A model generated the notes under the pieces. That model searched no databases, was not told where the DNA came from, and saw only the letters and a list, made by a program, of their open reading frames with translations. DNA of 63,641 nt, counting the filler, from Nitrospinota bacterium (GTDB lineage Bacteria > JAUXIQ01), in the NCBI GenBank assembly GCA_030620925.1. It is 10 parts of 10 records of this genome, joined end to end, with 100 filler letters (N's around TTAATTAATTAA, not from the genome) between each part and the next. Parts side by side here need not be neighbours in the genome. Positions count along the whole stretch, not along the records: positions 6,684 to 20,563 come from JAUXIQ010000015.1; positions 20,664 to 27,256 come from JAUXIQ010000115.1; positions 27,357 to 32,677 come from JAUXIQ010000168.1; 7 more parts are not named here. One strand, given 5' to 3'. Shown here piece after piece: positions 19,494 to 29,951 of the stretch (positions are counted from its first letter, which is position 1; each line of letters opens with the position of its first letter). A program made the translations under genes and the position numbers.

Positions 19494-20563
19494 ATGATGC
19501 TGACATACAACTGGCTTAAAGAATTCGTCGATTGCCGGCTCTCCCCCCAGGAGCTCACCGAAAGCCTCACCATGGCGGGCATAGAAGTCGATGCCGTGAA
19601 AGAAGCGAGCGAAGAGTTCAGCGGCATCATCGTGGGGAACATTCTCTCAGTGCGCCTCCACGAAAAGGCCGACCACCTCCAGGTATGCACGGTGGATATC
19701 GGAAGCGAGAAGCTCCCCATCGTCTGCGGTGCACCCAACATCGCCGTCGGTGATGCAAGTCCGGTGGCGCTGCCGGGGACCCTTCTTCCCAACGGAGCCA
19801 CGGTGCAGAAGGTGGAAATCAGGGGAGAAACCTCCGTGGGTATGCTCTGCTCGGCCGAAGAGCTCACCCTCATGGACGACACCTACGGCATTTTGCAGCT
19901 AGATAAAAAGCTCAAACCCGGCGCAGAGCTGGCCGAAGCCCTGGGCATCCATGACACCGTGCTCGATCTGAACATAACCCCCAACCGCGGCGATTGCTTA
20001 AGCGTCGCCGGCGTGGCCCGCGAAGTCGCCGCCATCACGGGAGCCCCGTTCAAGTATCCGGAGTTTGAGCTAAAAGAAGAGGGGGAACCCGCGGATAGAT
20101 GGACGTCGGTGGAGATACTGGAACCCGAGCTGTGCCCCCGATATACAGCCCGCATTATCGCAGGAATCAAGATCAAGTCTTCACCCCTCTGGATGCAGCT
20201 CCGCCTCAAGGCCGCCGGTATGCGACCCCTCAACAATATCGTGGATATCACCAACTACGTCATGCTGGAGCTGGGCCAGCCGCTTCACGCCTTCGACTAT
20301 CACCTGCTGAAAGAAAACCGCATCATAGTCAGGCGGGCGGAGAAGGGGGAACTGCTGGTCACCCTGGACGGCAAAGCGCGCACCCTCGACGACACCATGC
20401 TGGTGATAGCAGACGCCGGGAGAAGCGTCGCCCTTGCCGGCATCATGGGCGGACAGGATACAGAGGTCACAGAAAAATCAAAGGACATACTCCTGGAAGC
20501 CGCCCACTTCGACCCCCTCACCAACAGGAAAAACGCCAAAATATTGGGGCTGGATACGGAGGC
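19494..20563 (+). CDS. pheT: Phenylalanine--tRNA ligase beta subunit (3' truncated by the gap)
   Basis: [17 protein letters not shown] and [19 protein letters not shown] motifs. Confidence 0.98.
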
Positions 20564-20663
20564 NNNNNNNNNNNNNNNNNNNNNNNNNNNNNNNNNNNNN
20601 NNNNNNNTTAATTAATTAANNNNNNNNNNNNNNNNNNNNNNNNNNNNNNNNNNNNNNNNNNNN
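20564..20663. other. Artificial contig/scaffold linker
   Basis: N44-TTAATTAATTAA-N44. Confidence 0.99.
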
Positions 20664-21791
20664 CCCGAGACAGACGGAGAACGCAGAGGAAAAAGTTTTA
20701 AGAGGAGCCCTATGTACGGCGTCCATAAAGAGGCGGGAGCGAGGTTCATCCCTTTCGCCGGCTGGGAGATGCCGGTGCAATTCAGCGGCATAATAGAGGA
20801 ACATATCGCCGTGAGAAGCTCCGCCGGGCTCTTCGATTTAAACCACATGGGCGAAATAGAAGTGATCGGTGACGGGGCGGAAGATTTTCTGCAATACATT
20901 ATCACCAATGATCTGAACGCTATCGGAGACGGTGACGCCCAATATACGGTAATGTGCTATGAAGACGGCGGAACCGTGGATGACCTGCTGGTCTATCGAA
21001 TAAACCGAGAGCGCTATATGTTATGCGTGAACGCCGTCAACACAGAAAAAGATTACCTGTGGATGGTCAAAAACAGTAAAGGTAAAGTCCAGATCACCGA
21101 TAAGACTGCAGACTATGCACTTCTTGCCCTGCAAGGGCCCCATTCTAAAGCCGCTCTTCAACCTTCAGTTAAAGGCGATATGGATGGTTTGAAAAGGTTC
21201 GGTTTTATTCTAGAAGAGATGAACGGCGCCGAGGCGATGATATCTAGAACCGGTTACACCGGAGAGGACGGGTTCGAGATATTTCTCCCTTCAGATAAAT
21301 GCTCTGCGCTCTGGAAGGAGTTGCTGGCGGCAGGAAGCGAGTATAGTATAAAACCTGTGGGCCTGGGAGCCAGGGACACCCTGCGGCTGGAAATGGGTTA
21401 TCCTCTCTACGGCAATGAGCTCAGCCAGGACACCGACCCGTTAGAAGCCGGCCTGGGTTGGGTGGTGAAAATGGATAAAGGCCATTTCATGGGAAGAGAC
21501 GCGCTGCTCTCCCTGAAAGAACAAGGCACAGTGAGGAGGCTGGTGGGTTTGGAGATGATTGATAGAGGAATAGCCCGCCACGGTCATAGAATTTTCAGCG
21601 ATGAGAAAGACGTGGGATATATCACCAGCGGAACTATGTCCCCCTCATTGAAAGTGTCGATCGCCATGGGCTATGTATCTTCCGAAATGGCAAAAGAAGG
21701 CACCGTGCTTGAGGTTGATATCAGGGGGCGTCTGTGTTCCGCCCGGGTGGTAAAAAGGCCGTTTTACAAACCCTCTTCATCGGGCGGATAG
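20664..21791 (+). CDS. gcvT: Glycine cleavage system aminomethyltransferase T (5' end probably in the gap)
   Basis: FAGWEMPVQ, SRTGYTGEDGFE and GLGARDTLRLE motifs; frame stays open upstream of ATG 20712 (FKRSPMY resembles the usual LKRTPLY). Confidence 0.97.
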   Translation, partial: PETDGERRGKSFKRSPMYGVHKEAGARFIPFAGWEMPVQFSGIIEEHIAVRSSAGLFDLNHMGEIEVIGDGAEDFLQYIITNDLNAIGDGDAQYTVMCYEDGGTVDDLLVYRINRERYMLCVNAVNTEKDYLWMVKNSKGKVQITDKTADYALLALQGPHSKAALQPSVKGDMDGLKRFGFILEEMNGAEAMISRTGYTGEDGFEIFLPSDKCSALWKELLAAGSEYSIKPVGLGARDTLRLEMGYPLYGNELSQDTDPLEAGLGWVVKMDKGHFMGRDALLSLKEQGTVRRLVGLEMIDRGIARHGHRIFSDEKDVGYITSGTMSPSLKVSIAMGYVSSEMAKEGTVLEVDIRGRLCSARVVKRPFYKPSSSGG

Positions 21792-22029
21792 GGTTTCAAA
21801 TAAAGGTGGACAGACATTTTGAAAACTTTCTTACAAATACTGGAGCTTCATCCCGACCGGATAAATATATCTATCGGAAGGAGTTGCTGCCGACGGATGA
21901 GCCGATCCATAAAAATTAGTCTTGAACAAATTCTCTTTAGATAGTAAATGAAGGGGGGCAATTTGTCTTAAAGGCATTAACGTGAGATGAAGGCTTTTGA
22001 CTACCAGAATCAATGGGAGAGGAGAGACC

Positions 22030-22425
22030 ATGGAATTTCCGGAGAATCTGAAATATTCCAAAGAGCATGAGTGGACGAGGGTAGAGAGCAATCGGGCGAT
22101 CATCGGTATTACCGACTTTGCCCAGGATGAGTTAGGTGAGATAGTTTTTATCGACCTGCCCGCGGCGGGGACTAATGTAGAGGCCATGGAGACATTCGGG
22201 ACCATCGAATCGGTAAAGACCGTCTCCGATCTGTTTTCGTCTGTGAGCGGCCAGATTGTCGAGGTAAATTCTGCCCTTGAAGACGAGCCGGAATTTATCA
22301 ATAACGATCCCTACGGCGATGGCTGGATAATGATCGTGGAAATGTCCGACCCTAACCAACTCGACGATCTCCTCAACTCTTCTGAGTACCAGAACTACAT
22401 CGAGGAAGAGAAACAGGGAGATTAA
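22030..22425 (+). CDS. gcvH: Glycine cleavage system H protein
   Basis: YSKEHEW, GITDFAQDELG and lipoyl ESVK motifs; ATG after GGAGA. Confidence 0.98.
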   Translation: MEFPENLKYSKEHEWTRVESNRAIIGITDFAQDELGEIVFIDLPAAGTNVEAMETFGTIESVKTVSDLFSSVSGQIVEVNSALEDEPEFINNDPYGDGWIMIVEMSDPNQLDDLLNSSEYQNYIEEEKQGD

Positions 22426-22459
22426 GACGCCCCGCTTGTCTTCAAAGAGGGGACACACT

Positions 22460-23803
22460 TTGAGATACGTACCGCTCACGGATTCTGACCGTGAAAAAAT
22501 GCTGGAAATTATAGGTGCGGAATCCGTGGAGAGGATTTTGGGGCAGGTGCCGCAGGGCGTGAGGCTCAAAAGAGAGTTAGCCCTGCCCGAGGCTCTATCG
22601 GAGCATGAGCTGCTGGGGCACATGGTCCGCCTCAGCCGTATGAACGCCAACACTGAGGAATATACATACTTCCTGGGCGGGGGCGCATACAATCATATTA
22701 TTCCCAGCGTGGTGAAACACCTGTCTTCACGCGCTGAATTCTACACCCCCTATACCCCTTATCAGCCTGAGCTTAGCCAGGGCACTCTTCAGGCAACATA
22801 CGAATATCAGACTCTCATCTGCCAGCTCACCGGAATGGAAGTGGCCAACGCTTCCATGTATGATGGGGCGTCTGCCCTGGCAGAAGCTGCCATAATGGCC
22901 GGTCGCATCACCGACCGGGAGATGATAGCAGTTTCCCGAGCAGTGCACCCTGAATACCGCCAAACACTGCATACTTATATATCTCACATCGGAATGAGTA
23001 TAGAAGAAGCGGGAATTACCTCCGAAGGCGTTACGGATAGTGAACAGATAGAGCGAATGCTTAACGATAAAACGGCGGCGGTGGTAGTGCAATCGCCCAG
23101 CTTTCTGGGAGTGGTAGAGGATATAAAAAAGCTGGCATCTATTGCGCACAATGCAGGGGCGCTGTTGATAGCAGTAGTAGCGGAACCGATATCCCTGGGC
23201 ATTTTGTCGCCCCCGGGGGATTGCGATGCGGATATCGTGATGGGTGAGGGGCAGGCTTTGGGGAACGACCTGAATTACGGCGGCCCCTACCTGGGCTTTT
23301 TTGCTACCAGGGAAAAGTACCAACGTGATATGCCGGGCAGGTTAGTGGGTCAAACAGTGGACACCGCGGGAAGGCCGGGTTACGTGCTCACTCTGGCCAC
23401 GCGGGAACAGCATATTCGCCGGGGCAAAGCCACCTCCAACATCTGCACCAATGAAGCGTTATGCGCGTTGAACGCGGCCATCTTCATGTCCACCCTGGGC
23501 AGAAAAGGGTTCAGGGAGCTGGCCCTGCTCAATCTCCATAAAGCCGCCTACGCCAGAGACACTTTTTCCCGAATACCGGGATGCGCCCTGCCCTTCAACG
23601 CCCCCACTTTTAACGAATTCGTCCTCCAACTGCCTGCAAGCGTTGACGAGGTGAACCATAAACTGATCGAAGAAAAAATCATCGGCGGCCTCGATCTTTC
23701 CGGCTACTATCCTGAGCTAGAGCGCGCCGCTCTCATCTGTGTGACCGAAAAAGTCACCCTCGAAGACATAGATAAATTTGCCGGCGTACTGGAGAACTTA
23801 TAA
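22460..23803 (+). CDS. gcvPA: Glycine dehydrogenase (decarboxylating) subunit 1
   Basis: YTPYQPELSQG, NASMYDG and TREQHIRR..ATSNICTN motifs; TTG start after GAGGGG. Confidence 0.97.
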   Translation: MRYVPLTDSDREKMLEIIGAESVERILGQVPQGVRLKRELALPEALSEHELLGHMVRLSRMNANTEEYTYFLGGGAYNHIIPSVVKHLSSRAEFYTPYTPYQPELSQGTLQATYEYQTLICQLTGMEVANASMYDGASALAEAAIMAGRITDREMIAVSRAVHPEYRQTLHTYISHIGMSIEEAGITSEGVTDSEQIERMLNDKTAAVVVQSPSFLGVVEDIKKLASIAHNAGALLIAVVAEPISLGILSPPGDCDADIVMGEGQALGNDLNYGGPYLGFFATREKYQRDMPGRLVGQTVDTAGRPGYVLTLATREQHIRRGKATSNICTNEALCALNAAIFMSTLGRKGFRELALLNLHKAAYARDTFSRIPGCALPFNAPTFNEFVLQLPASVDEVNHKLIEEKIIGGLDLSGYYPELERAALICVTEKVTLEDIDKFAGVLENL

Positions 23804-24013
23804 CTCTTTATGATAAATGTACGGCCTCGAAAAAATCGTTGGCCGCGATTCCGCTCCGTGAGAGATTTAAGCTGTCCGCGAAATGCTTAACAATAGCCAT
23901 CGCGCCTGGAAGTCGCTCCTACAGGAGGGTCGCTGTCGCTCACGGAAGGAGTTGCTACCACAAGGTTAAAAGGGGTATTTTGGGGCGATTAAGTTGTATA
24001 TTGGTATTAAGTT

Positions 24014-25504
24014 ATGTCTGATTCAGCAGAAATAGGGGTATCGGACCTTAAACTCCGTGAACCGCTGATATTTGAAAGGGGAGCTCCCGCGCGCCAGGCC
24101 TTCTCGCTGCCCGAATGCGACGTCCCTCAGCAACCCCTGGCCAAGCTGCTGCCGGAGGCGCTGCTGAGGAAGGATATAGAAGGTTTCCCCGAGGTGAGTG
24201 AGGTGGAGGTGGTGCGCCACTTCACCCGGATTTCGCAGTGGAACTTCGGAGTGGATTACGGCTTCTATCCTTTAGGCTCCTGCACCATGAAATATAATCC
24301 CAAGCTCAATGAGGAAGCGGCATCCATCTCAGGATTCAGTAAAGCGCACCCCTACCAACCGCAACACCTGAGCCAGGGGCTCCTCCAGCTCATGCACGAG
24401 TTGGAGAGCGATCTTTGCGAGATCAGCGGCATGGACAGGGCCTCGCTGCAGCCCGCAGCCGGCGCTCACGGCGAGCTCACCGGTCTCATGCTCATCCAGG
24501 CTTACCACCGGGCCAGGGGCGAAAACCGGGGTAAGGTCATCCTCCCCGATTCATCGCACGGGACCAACCCCGCCAGCAGCTCACTCTGCGGCTATCAGGC
24601 TGTGGAGGTTACTTCCGGCCATAACGGCTGCGTGGAACCCGAGAAAGTGGCCGAAATAATGGACGAAAACGTTGCCGCCATGATGCTCACCAACCCCAAT
24701 ACCCTGGGACTCTTCGAGGAGCGTATTTTGGATATAGCCCGGATAGTCCATGAAAAGGGCGGTCTGCTCTACTGCGACGGGGCCAACCTGAACGCCTTGA
24801 TGGGCATCGCCAGGCCTGGAGATATGGGTTTCGACGTCATCCAGTTCAACCTCCACAAGACCTTCTCCACCCCTCACGGCGGAGGGGGCCCGGGTGCGGG
24901 CCCTGTGGGCATCAAGGAGGAGCTGTCTCCCTTCCTTCCCGTTCCCGTGGTAATAAAGGAAGGCGAGGATTATACGCTGAGTTACGACCTGCCGCAAAGC
25001 ATCGGCAAAGTCAGGTCGTTCTACGGGAACATAGGGGTGATGATCAAGGCATACGCGTATATCCGCTCCATGGGCCCTGAGGGATTAAAAGAAGCCAGCG
25101 AAGCCGCTCTCATAAACGCCAACTACATCATGACAAGGCTTCAGGGAAGGTATCACAAACCCTATGATAAATACTGTATGCACGAGTTCGTGCTCACCGA
25201 TAAACTCCAGAACAAGCATGGCGTGCAGACCCTGGACATCGCCAAGAGACTCATGGATTACGGCTACCATCCTCCCACCATATATTTCCCAATCATCGTG
25301 AAAGGCGCCATGATGATAGAACCCACCGAGACGGAGACCAGGGAGGACCTCGACCTTTTCATTGAGGCCATGCTGCGCATAGCCGATGAAGCGGAGAATG
25401 ACCCGGAGATTGTGAAGAGCGCACCGCACAAGACCCTGGTTTCCAGACTGGATGAGGCTCGGGCGGCGCGCAAGCCCAACCTGCGTTGGAGACCCTCAGG
25501 ATGA
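24014..25504 (+). CDS. gcvPB: Glycine dehydrogenase (decarboxylating) subunit 2
   Basis: PLGSCTMKYNP and the PLP-lysine motif NLHKTFSTPHGGGGPG. Confidence 0.98.
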   Translation: MSDSAEIGVSDLKLREPLIFERGAPARQAFSLPECDVPQQPLAKLLPEALLRKDIEGFPEVSEVEVVRHFTRISQWNFGVDYGFYPLGSCTMKYNPKLNEEAASISGFSKAHPYQPQHLSQGLLQLMHELESDLCEISGMDRASLQPAAGAHGELTGLMLIQAYHRARGENRGKVILPDSSHGTNPASSSLCGYQAVEVTSGHNGCVEPEKVAEIMDENVAAMMLTNPNTLGLFEERILDIARIVHEKGGLLYCDGANLNALMGIARPGDMGFDVIQFNLHKTFSTPHGGGGPGAGPVGIKEELSPFLPVPVVIKEGEDYTLSYDLPQSIGKVRSFYGNIGVMIKAYAYIRSMGPEGLKEASEAALINANYIMTRLQGRYHKPYDKYCMHEFVLTDKLQNKHGVQTLDIAKRLMDYGYHPPTIYFPIIVKGAMMIEPTETETREDLDLFIEAMLRIADEAENDPEIVKSAPHKTLVSRLDEARAARKPNLRWRPSG

Positions 25505-26349
25505 GCGGACCTAAGTGGCGTTTCATTGATACCGGCCACAGAGACGGTTACACCAACATGGCCGTGGACGAAGCCTTGCTGGCCGCCTGCCTCAAGGGCC
25601 TCGCACCACCGACGGTGCGCTTTTACGGCTGGCGCCCGGCCACGGTATCCCTGGGATACTTCCAGAAACTCGAAAAAGAAATCGATGTCGAGGCCTGCGA
25701 ACGACTGGGCCTGGGTATCGTGCGCCGGCCCACAGGGGGCAAGATGGTGCTCCACGATGACGAACTAACTTACAGCGTCATCGCCCGCCAGGGCCAGCAA
25801 ATTTTCCCCGGCGATATCCTGGGCACATACATGGTCATCAGCCAAGCCCTGGTAGTGGGACTTAAAAAACTGGGGGTGGAAGCCCGGATGATCCCCCACA
25901 GGAAGGGAGAGAAGCGAAGGGAGGAACCCCGTTCCGCGGCCTGTTTTTCCGTGCCTTCTTCTCACGAGGTGGTGGTGGGCGGCAAGAAGCTCGTGGGGAG
26001 TGCTCAGAAACGCTACCTGGACGGCGTGATTCAGCACGGCTCAATCCTCATCGGCCTGGACCTGGATAAATTAGTGTCGGTGCAGAAATTCAAGAGGCCG
26101 GAGCATCGGAGGCGTATGCGGGATTTTCTCGCCGGGCGCATGACCTGCATAAACGAATGGGTCCCGGATAAAGTCGATTTCGCTCAAGTGGCTGAAGCCA
26201 TGCGAGCGGGTTTTCAGGAGAGGTTCGGAGACGCCATGGAAACATCTCCCCTCTCGCCCTTCGAAGAAGAGCTGGTGGAAAAATTCAGGGAAACCAAGTA
26301 CAGTACTGAGGCATGGAACCTGAGGCGCGAGTCGCCTGTTGGTGTCTGA
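25501..26349 (+). CDS. Lipoate-protein ligase A family protein (LipM-like octanoyltransferase)
   Basis: NMAVDEAL, SLGYFQ, RRPTGG, ACF, KKLVGSAQ and QHGS motifs; ATGA overlap with gcvPB. Confidence 0.92.
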   Translation: MSGPKWRFIDTGHRDGYTNMAVDEALLAACLKGLAPPTVRFYGWRPATVSLGYFQKLEKEIDVEACERLGLGIVRRPTGGKMVLHDDELTYSVIARQGQQIFPGDILGTYMVISQALVVGLKKLGVEARMIPHRKGEKRREEPRSAACFSVPSSHEVVVGGKKLVGSAQKRYLDGVIQHGSILIGLDLDKLVSVQKFKRPEHRRRMRDFLAGRMTCINEWVPDKVDFAQVAEAMRAGFQERFGDAMETSPLSPFEEELVEKFRETKYSTEAWNLRRESPVGV

Positions 26350-26405
26350 CCCCGCTTCAAGAGGGCTTCAAGAAAGTTATCCCCGAATAGTTCCTGAAAA
26401 AAGTA

Positions 26406-26435
26406 TTGACACCCTATCTGGGCGGGATTTAAACT
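26406..26435 (+). promoter_or_regulatory. sigma70 promoter of tRNA-Gly
   Basis: TTGACA-N18-TAAACT. Confidence 0.6.
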
Positions 26436-26451
26436 ATATTTGCAATCGAGA

Positions 26452-26527
26452 GCGGGCGTAGCTCAGTTGGTAGAGTACAAGCTTCCCAAGCTTGGTGTCG
26501 CGGGTTCGAGTCCCGTCGCCCGCTCCA
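26452..26527 (+). tRNA. tRNA-Gly(CCC)
   Basis: Acceptor GCGGGCG/CGCCCGC, anticodon arm CAAGC-TTCCCAA-GCTTG, TCCA end. Confidence 0.97.
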
Positions 26528-26670
26528 GTTAATTCTTCTCTTTTCTCACGTTCTTTCCCTATTTCAATGATGTTTCAATGCCTGTTGTTTGTAATCCTGG
26601 ATAGATATTCATACGTCTGTATTGATAAATATGGTGTATTTGCCTTTGCATAATGTTATCCATGCAAATA

Positions 26671-26700
26671 TTGACAATGCTGGGAACCCATAACTATAAT
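26671..26700 (+). promoter_or_regulatory. Consensus sigma70 promoter upstream of the DUF507 pair
   Basis: TTGACA-N18-TATAAT. Confidence 0.75.
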
Positions 26701-26750
26701 AGATTCCTGGAAACTGGTCTGATATTTACATTTGGATATAAGGGGAGAGG

Positions 26751-27032
26751 ATGAAGCTGAGAAGCGAGATAATACACTTTATCGCCGAGGCACTGGCTGA
26801 GCAGGTGGTGGAGACGGGTCTTATCGAAACCGACTACTCTCAGGAGGAGCTGATCGAAAAGATCCAGCGAGTCATTACCGAGGACCTTCTGGTGGAGGAT
26901 CGCCTCAACGACGAAGTTCGGGAAATCCTGAGCAAGCACTCAGAACAGCTGGACAAGAGCCATGCCAACTACAGCGAGATGTTCAGAATGGTGAAAAACC
27001 GTCTGGTCAGGGAACGCGGCCTTATCCTGTAA
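26751..27032 (+). CDS. DUF507 family protein
   Basis: 93 aa with EDRLNDEVREIL and MFRMVKNRLVRERGLIL, typical of DUF507. Confidence 0.85.
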   Translation: MKLRSEIIHFIAEALAEQVVETGLIETDYSQEELIEKIQRVITEDLLVEDRLNDEVREILSKHSEQLDKSHANYSEMFRMVKNRLVRERGLIL

Positions 27033-27082
27033 CAAAAATTAATCACTCCCCTTTTGCGCTTTGCCGGAGAGGAAGGTGTAGT

Positions 27083-27256
27083 ATGAGATTGAACAGGGAA
27101 AAAGTAAACCATATTGCAAAACTGATCGTGGAAGATTTTAATAAAGACGATAGAGTAGGCCTCTTGCAAGAAGCCAATGATACTCGGATCCATGTTTTCA
27201 AGATGATGCTTGACCAGCTAACGGTAGAAGACGAGATAGACGGGGATGTTCGGCGC
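27083..27256 (+). CDS. Second DUF507 family protein (3' truncated)
   Basis: MRLNREKVNHIA...EDEID..VR; tandem paralogue. Confidence 0.8.
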
Positions 27257-27356
27257 NNNNNNNNNNNNNNNNNNNNNNNNNNNNNNNNNNNNNNNNNNNN
27301 TTAATTAATTAANNNNNNNNNNNNNNNNNNNNNNNNNNNNNNNNNNNNNNNNNNNN
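27257..27356. other. Artificial contig/scaffold linker
   Basis: N44-TTAATTAATTAA-N44. Confidence 0.99.
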
Positions 27357-27384
27357 ATCGGTTGGGGACTTATCCATGGAGCAT

Positions 27385-27480
27385 CCCGCGCCGCGGGACA
27401 TGAATTGTCTGTAGAGCTGGGTTAGGCGGGAAAACCGGTTGAATATAAACGGCATCCCGATCCCGCGTTACGCGGGATGC
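27385..27480. repeat. Two short TCCCGC...GCGGGA palindromes (REP-like)
   Basis: TCCCGCGCCGCGGGA and ATCCCGCGTTACGCGGGAT. Confidence 0.55.
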
Positions 27481-27549
27481 AGCGACCCACCGGCCGGCAG
27501 GGGCTGCGCTGAAGGCGGTGGATTTATCGCTCCTGCGGCGGAGGCGCTT

Positions 27550-28821
27550 TCACGATGTCTTCTTCTGCGCCTCCTTCTTCTGCATCTCCTCCTTTTTCAT
27601 TTGTCTCTTGTATTCCAGGATTTTGGGCGAATCTATCTGCACTGACTTGATACCCCACTGGCCGGGCTTGAGCTTTTCCATCAACGCGCCTTCTTTTTCC
27701 AGGGTGAAGGTTATCTGCCCACGCCCTTTCTCAAAGACTCCCATGTAGACGATGGTAGTCGGTTTATCATCTAAGCTTATGGGGATTTCCTCAATCCGGG
27801 GGCCTTTCAAAAGGGGCAAAGAGACGTTGACGGCTTCGTAAGTAATTGCAAAAGTAAAATCTTTTAGCTGATAGTGTTTCAAGCTGCCCAGGGCGTTGTA
27901 GGCCGTTTCGTTCTGTTTTACGAACCTTTTTAAGGGTAATAGTCGTTGGCCTTCAGGGGACAGGAGGAGGTGGGCCCCCTTGTAGCTCTTCTTATGAATC
28001 TGCTTGGTGTAAAGATTTACCTTTTGCTGGATGGTATCCTTATCCTGCATCAAGCTCTGGGTGAACATGTAGAAGCCGCCCATCAAGCCTAACCAGATTA
28101 CTAAAAATATTATGGAAAGAATCTTCAAAACTGTCGGCCCGGTTCCCTCTCCTTTCTTTTTTACCAGCAGGATGATTACGGGGATTATGGTGAGATATAA
28201 TCCCAGGGTGAACCAGTTTAACAGGCTTTTGCTCTTAACCTTGGCAACGACCAGGCAGATCAGGCCGAACAGAATACCGATACCCGCCAAAAACATGGGG
28301 GCTTTGGCCAGGAGCATGAGGGGTTTGTCCATTTCCGTCGTGGGGATGAACTTGGGAAAGCCCCCTTTTTCCTTTTTTTCTACCGGCGTTTCTTTCGGCT
28401 GCACGGTTTTCGGAGGCGCCGGCGGCGGTTTTCCCTTGGTTTTCACCTCCCGGGCAGCGACTACCTGTGGTTTTTTCTCAACCTTTTTCTTCGGCTTTTT
28501 TACAACAGGTGTCTTTTTGGCTGCCGGGGTTTTCTTAGCTGGTGGTTTGGTTACAATAGGCGCCCTCTTCAGCTTAACTTCAGGGCTCAGCTCTACCCAG
28601 CCCAACTGTTTGTTGGGCAGGCGAACGGCGAACCATCCGCTGCCTTTAGTCTGTACCACATTAAACGTCTTGCCGCCACCCGCAAAGGCTACCGCCTTGG
28701 ATTCCGCGCCCGGTGCGGCGCGCAGCTTGACGGCCGGCCCTATGGCGCTGATTGAATCCCCGAGACACACAACTGGAGTTAAAAAGAGTAATAGGACGAA
28801 TATTAGAGCTATCTTTTTCAT
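27550..28821 (-). CDS. Hypothetical membrane protein: signal peptide, SH3b-like domain, Lys/Pro linker, hydrophobic segments, C-terminal soluble domain
   Basis: Signal peptide; VKLRAAPG...WFAV...GWV SH3b pattern; KKTP repeats; three hydrophobic stretches. Confidence 0.8.
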   Translation of the reverse strand: MKKIALIFVLLLFLTPVVCLGDSISAIGPAVKLRAAPGAESKAVAFAGGGKTFNVVQTKGSGWFAVRLPNKQLGWVELSPEVKLKRAPIVTKPPAKKTPAAKKTPVVKKPKKKVEKKPQVVAAREVKTKGKPPPAPPKTVQPKETPVEKKEKGGFPKFIPTTEMDKPLMLLAKAPMFLAGIGILFGLICLVVAKVKSKSLLNWFTLGLYLTIIPVIILLVKKKGEGTGPTVLKILSIIFLVIWLGLMGGFYMFTQSLMQDKDTIQQKVNLYTKQIHKKSYKGAHLLLSPEGQRLLPLKRFVKQNETAYNALGSLKHYQLKDFTFAITYEAVNVSLPLLKGPRIEEIPISLDDKPTTIVYMGVFEKGRGQITFTLEKEGALMEKLKPGQWGIKSVQIDSPKILEYKRQMKKEEMQKKEAQKKTS

Positions 28822-29001
28822 TCCTTTTCCCTTCTTCGCAGAAATCCAGGACTGTATAAACCCGTGGAAACGAGTCCTGGTCTATATAACCCTTGATATA
28901 TTTAAACCCATTCTATATTAAATAGTTACGGCATTTTTTCATGGAAACTTAAGATAGTTTATATCAGGCGTCGATGCCCTGGCAGATCTGAGGATTTTCG
29001 G

Positions 29002-29706
29002 TCAGTCTGCTTCTGGCGACGGAAACCGGTCTCTGGAAGGGCAAATATCCCTCAGCACGCACTCACCGCACCTGGGCCTGGCGGGTTTACACACTTCCCG
29101 GCCATGTTTTATGACGTTGATGTGGAAGGAGTAGACCTTTTGGGGGGGTACAAGGGAGTTCATTATCTCGTGGGCTTTGGCGTCGCTGCATTTCTCAGGC
29201 AGCAGCCCCAGGCGGGTCGCTATCCGGAAAATGTGTGTATCCACGGGGAAGATCGGTTTGTTGCAGGAAAAGAGCAGCACACAGGCCACCGTTTTTGGCC
29301 CCACGCCGTTGAATGAGCTGAGGAGCTCAACCCCCTCTTCCAGGGTGAGGTCTTTCAGGAACCCCAGGTCGAGCTTGCCGTAACGATCGTTGATCTGCTT
29401 CAATATCTTCTTTATGCGGGCGCTCTTCTGGTTGGCAAGGCCGCCGACTTTTATGGCCCGGGTTATTTCCTGGACCGGGGCTTTCATGACCTGCTCCCAG
29501 GCGGGGAAGCGGGAGCGGAGGGAGGCGTAGGCGCGGTCGCGGTTCTTGTCGTTGGTGTTCTGCGAAAGTATGGTGAATATTAATTCTTCCAGGGGGTTCT
29601 TGTAGGGTTTTGGTGAAGGGACGCCTTTTTCCTTCTCCAGCAGGAGAATGGCTTTTTTGACAACCGATTCAGGTTTTTGCCTCTTAACTTTTATCTTGTT
29701 TCCCAT
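29002..29706 (-). CDS. nth: Endonuclease III family HhH-GPD glycosylase
   Basis: ILSQNT, GVGPKTV HhH, FPVDTH and Cx6Cx2Cx5C Fe-S motif. Confidence 0.9.
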   Translation of the reverse strand: MGNKIKVKRQKPESVVKKAILLLEKEKGVPSPKPYKNPLEELIFTILSQNTNDKNRDRAYASLRSRFPAWEQVMKAPVQEITRAIKVGGLANQKSARIKKILKQINDRYGKLDLGFLKDLTLEEGVELLSSFNGVGPKTVACVLLFSCNKPIFPVDTHIFRIATRLGLLPEKCSDAKAHEIMNSLVPPQKVYSFHINVIKHGREVCKPARPRCGECVLRDICPSRDRFPSPEAD

Positions 29707-29951
29707 ACACGGTTCCTTTAATTTAAATTATACTATGGTTCAGGCTTTGAATATTTTATTTCCTGCGGCGGCATATATTTTCCCGGTATGATGGGTTCGG
29801 GGACGTTTTCAGGTAAAGTAATGCAGCGGTTTACGATACTGCAAGCGCAGTCGAAAAAATCTCTTTAGGCCGAGGAGTTGCCTTTGTCCCTCCAACCTAA
29901 TATCCTGAATAAAAAAGTTACGTTAATGGATGTTCAACAGAGGAAAGAGAT

